In this document: one piece after another, positions 62,993 through 64,000 of the stretch
Position numbering within the stretch: the stretch's first letter is position 1
How the letters are laid out: each line of letters opens with the position of its first letter
Origin: Podospora anserina
Lineage: Eukaryota
Direction of reading: 5' to 3'
Length of the DNA stretch: 64,000 nucleotides
Assembly (NCBI GenBank): GCA_017654855.1
Contig: CM030337.1
Coordinates: 620,001 to 684,000 of the forward strand
Made by a program: the position numbers and the translations under genes
Notes under the pieces: model-generated
Seen by the model: only the letters and a program-made list of their open reading frames with translations
Told to the model about the DNA's origin: nothing
Database searches by the model: none

Positions 62993-63058
62993 GCGTGGAT
63001 TATCAAGCTGAATTTCTTTGGCTTGGTAACTGTTGGGGTGGGAATATTGAATGCGGAA
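62993..63058 (+). repeat. Diverged duplicate of the TM module at 62534-62599
   Basis: Ungapped 22-codon match AWIDDATLVGVVAVVAGILNAE vs AWIIKLNFFGLVTVGVGILNAE. Confidence 0.7.
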
Positions 63059-63687
63059 TTTGGACTTTGTGGACATATTACGGCTGCTTTCGCGAATGGC
63101 GAAGAGACCAGAAACGATGATGTTGATGGCACAGGTGAGACCAGCCGCATTCTTCGCAACGACAAAGAGAGTCAGCAAACACACCCTAGTGACAACAATC
63201 CTTGTTTCACCGAGTCTGGCTTCATGTCCGTCGCCATGCAGACTCTGGCGGGTACGAGTGGGTAAAAACGCAGGAATAGTTTTGAGGTTGAAGAGAACTT
63301 GCAAGTCTCTCATGATGGATAACGCCCTGGATATAAGATAGCATTGCCTCCTGACAGCTCTGTAGCCCCGAGATTACTTTTCATACGAAACACCGAATTT
63401 GATGAATAGAAAGACAATATGGTCAGTTTAATATGCAATGTAAACCGCCGAGTTCCAACACCGCTCCAAGTGATAGCGAGGAACCAAAGACATCAAAAGA
63501 AGAAGTGGTCATAGCTCCTAGCTTCAACGGAAGGTCTTGGCGTTACTTAGGTCGCTTTTATGACCCACCACAAGCTCCATCGAATCCCTTCCCCACCACA
63601 GCTTTCTGTGGTTCGATCTCTCAAAGAAAGCCAACATCAGACAACCTCCCCGCCCTGCCATTGACAACTTCACCAACCGTCGCACTC

Positions 63688-64000
63688 ATGAGGCCATCCT
63701 TGTCAGGTGTCGCGGCATCCAAGCCGTTCACCTGCCTCCCATGTTTCCTCCGAACCTCAACCAGAAACAGCTTCCAGCGCCCCGTCCTCACCTACACAGA
63801 AAGAACCACCCCCAGGTTATCAACAGCGCAATTCTCCCACAGCGCCCGACAGCTCCACGCCCAAGAAGCCCCCGACCAAACCGCCGCTTTCAACACAGCC
63901 GCCTCCCTCCGCCCAACCACAGCCCCTAAACCCCTCCTCGATATTAAGCACATCCGCCTCAATCCCGACCTCTACTCCCAAAACTGCATCGACAGAAACT
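63688..64000 (+). CDS. DIA4: Mitochondrial seryl-tRNA synthetase, 5' part (runs off the window)
   Basis: Arg/Ser-rich presequence MRPSLSGVAASKPFTCLPCFLR..., then RPTTAPKPLLDIKHIRLNPDLYSQNCIDRN (SerRS N-terminal 'LDIK.IR.NP' motif). Absent from the ORF track because no stop is reached. Confidence 0.8.
   Translation, partial: MRPSLSGVAASKPFTCLPCFLRTSTRNSFQRPVLTYTERTTPRLSTAQFSHSARQLHAQEAPDQTAAFNTAASLRPTTAPKPLLDIKHIRLNPDLYSQNCIDRN

Noticed and set aside
63609-63625. tRNA B-box-like GGTTCGATCTC
   Set aside because: No cloverleaf or A-box at the proper spacing; lies in the DIA4 promoter.

Overview
Gene-dense euchromatic window from a filamentous ascomycete. The 53-160 nt introns with CTRAY branch points, the microsatellite-rich intergenics and the codon style suggest Sordariales, probably Podospora (inferred, not verified). 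About 22 protein-coding loci were reconstructed by hand with intron boundaries. Conserved genes: BrlA-like C2H2 TF, eIF2B-gamma, Pex22-like, SPT20, ATG27, peroxisomal enoyl-CoA isomerase, KCS1, ABP2, PMP47, MAK10, ATP15, QCR2, RPC82, GGC1, a vWA protein and the 5' end of mitochondrial SerRS, plus three conserved-looking unknowns. No tRNA, rRNA, CRISPR or intact transposon was recognised. The most unusual part is an orphan island at ~58.0-63.3 kb. It holds (a) a three-exon gene with a tandemly repeated 7-Cys motif, (b) a head-to-head pair of membrane-protein genes, one carrying a Ca2+-ATPase-like N-terminal fragment and split by two +1 frame changes, the first at a UUU-UAG 'shifty stop', and (c) a downstream duplicated transmembrane module with synonymous divergence. 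Separately, a CCC-TAG-G stop at 54202 is followed by 199 open in-frame codons, including 466 nt with no stop triplet in any + frame, a candidate for A-to-I stop-loss editing or readthrough. All family calls come from recalled motif similarity; no database search was run.
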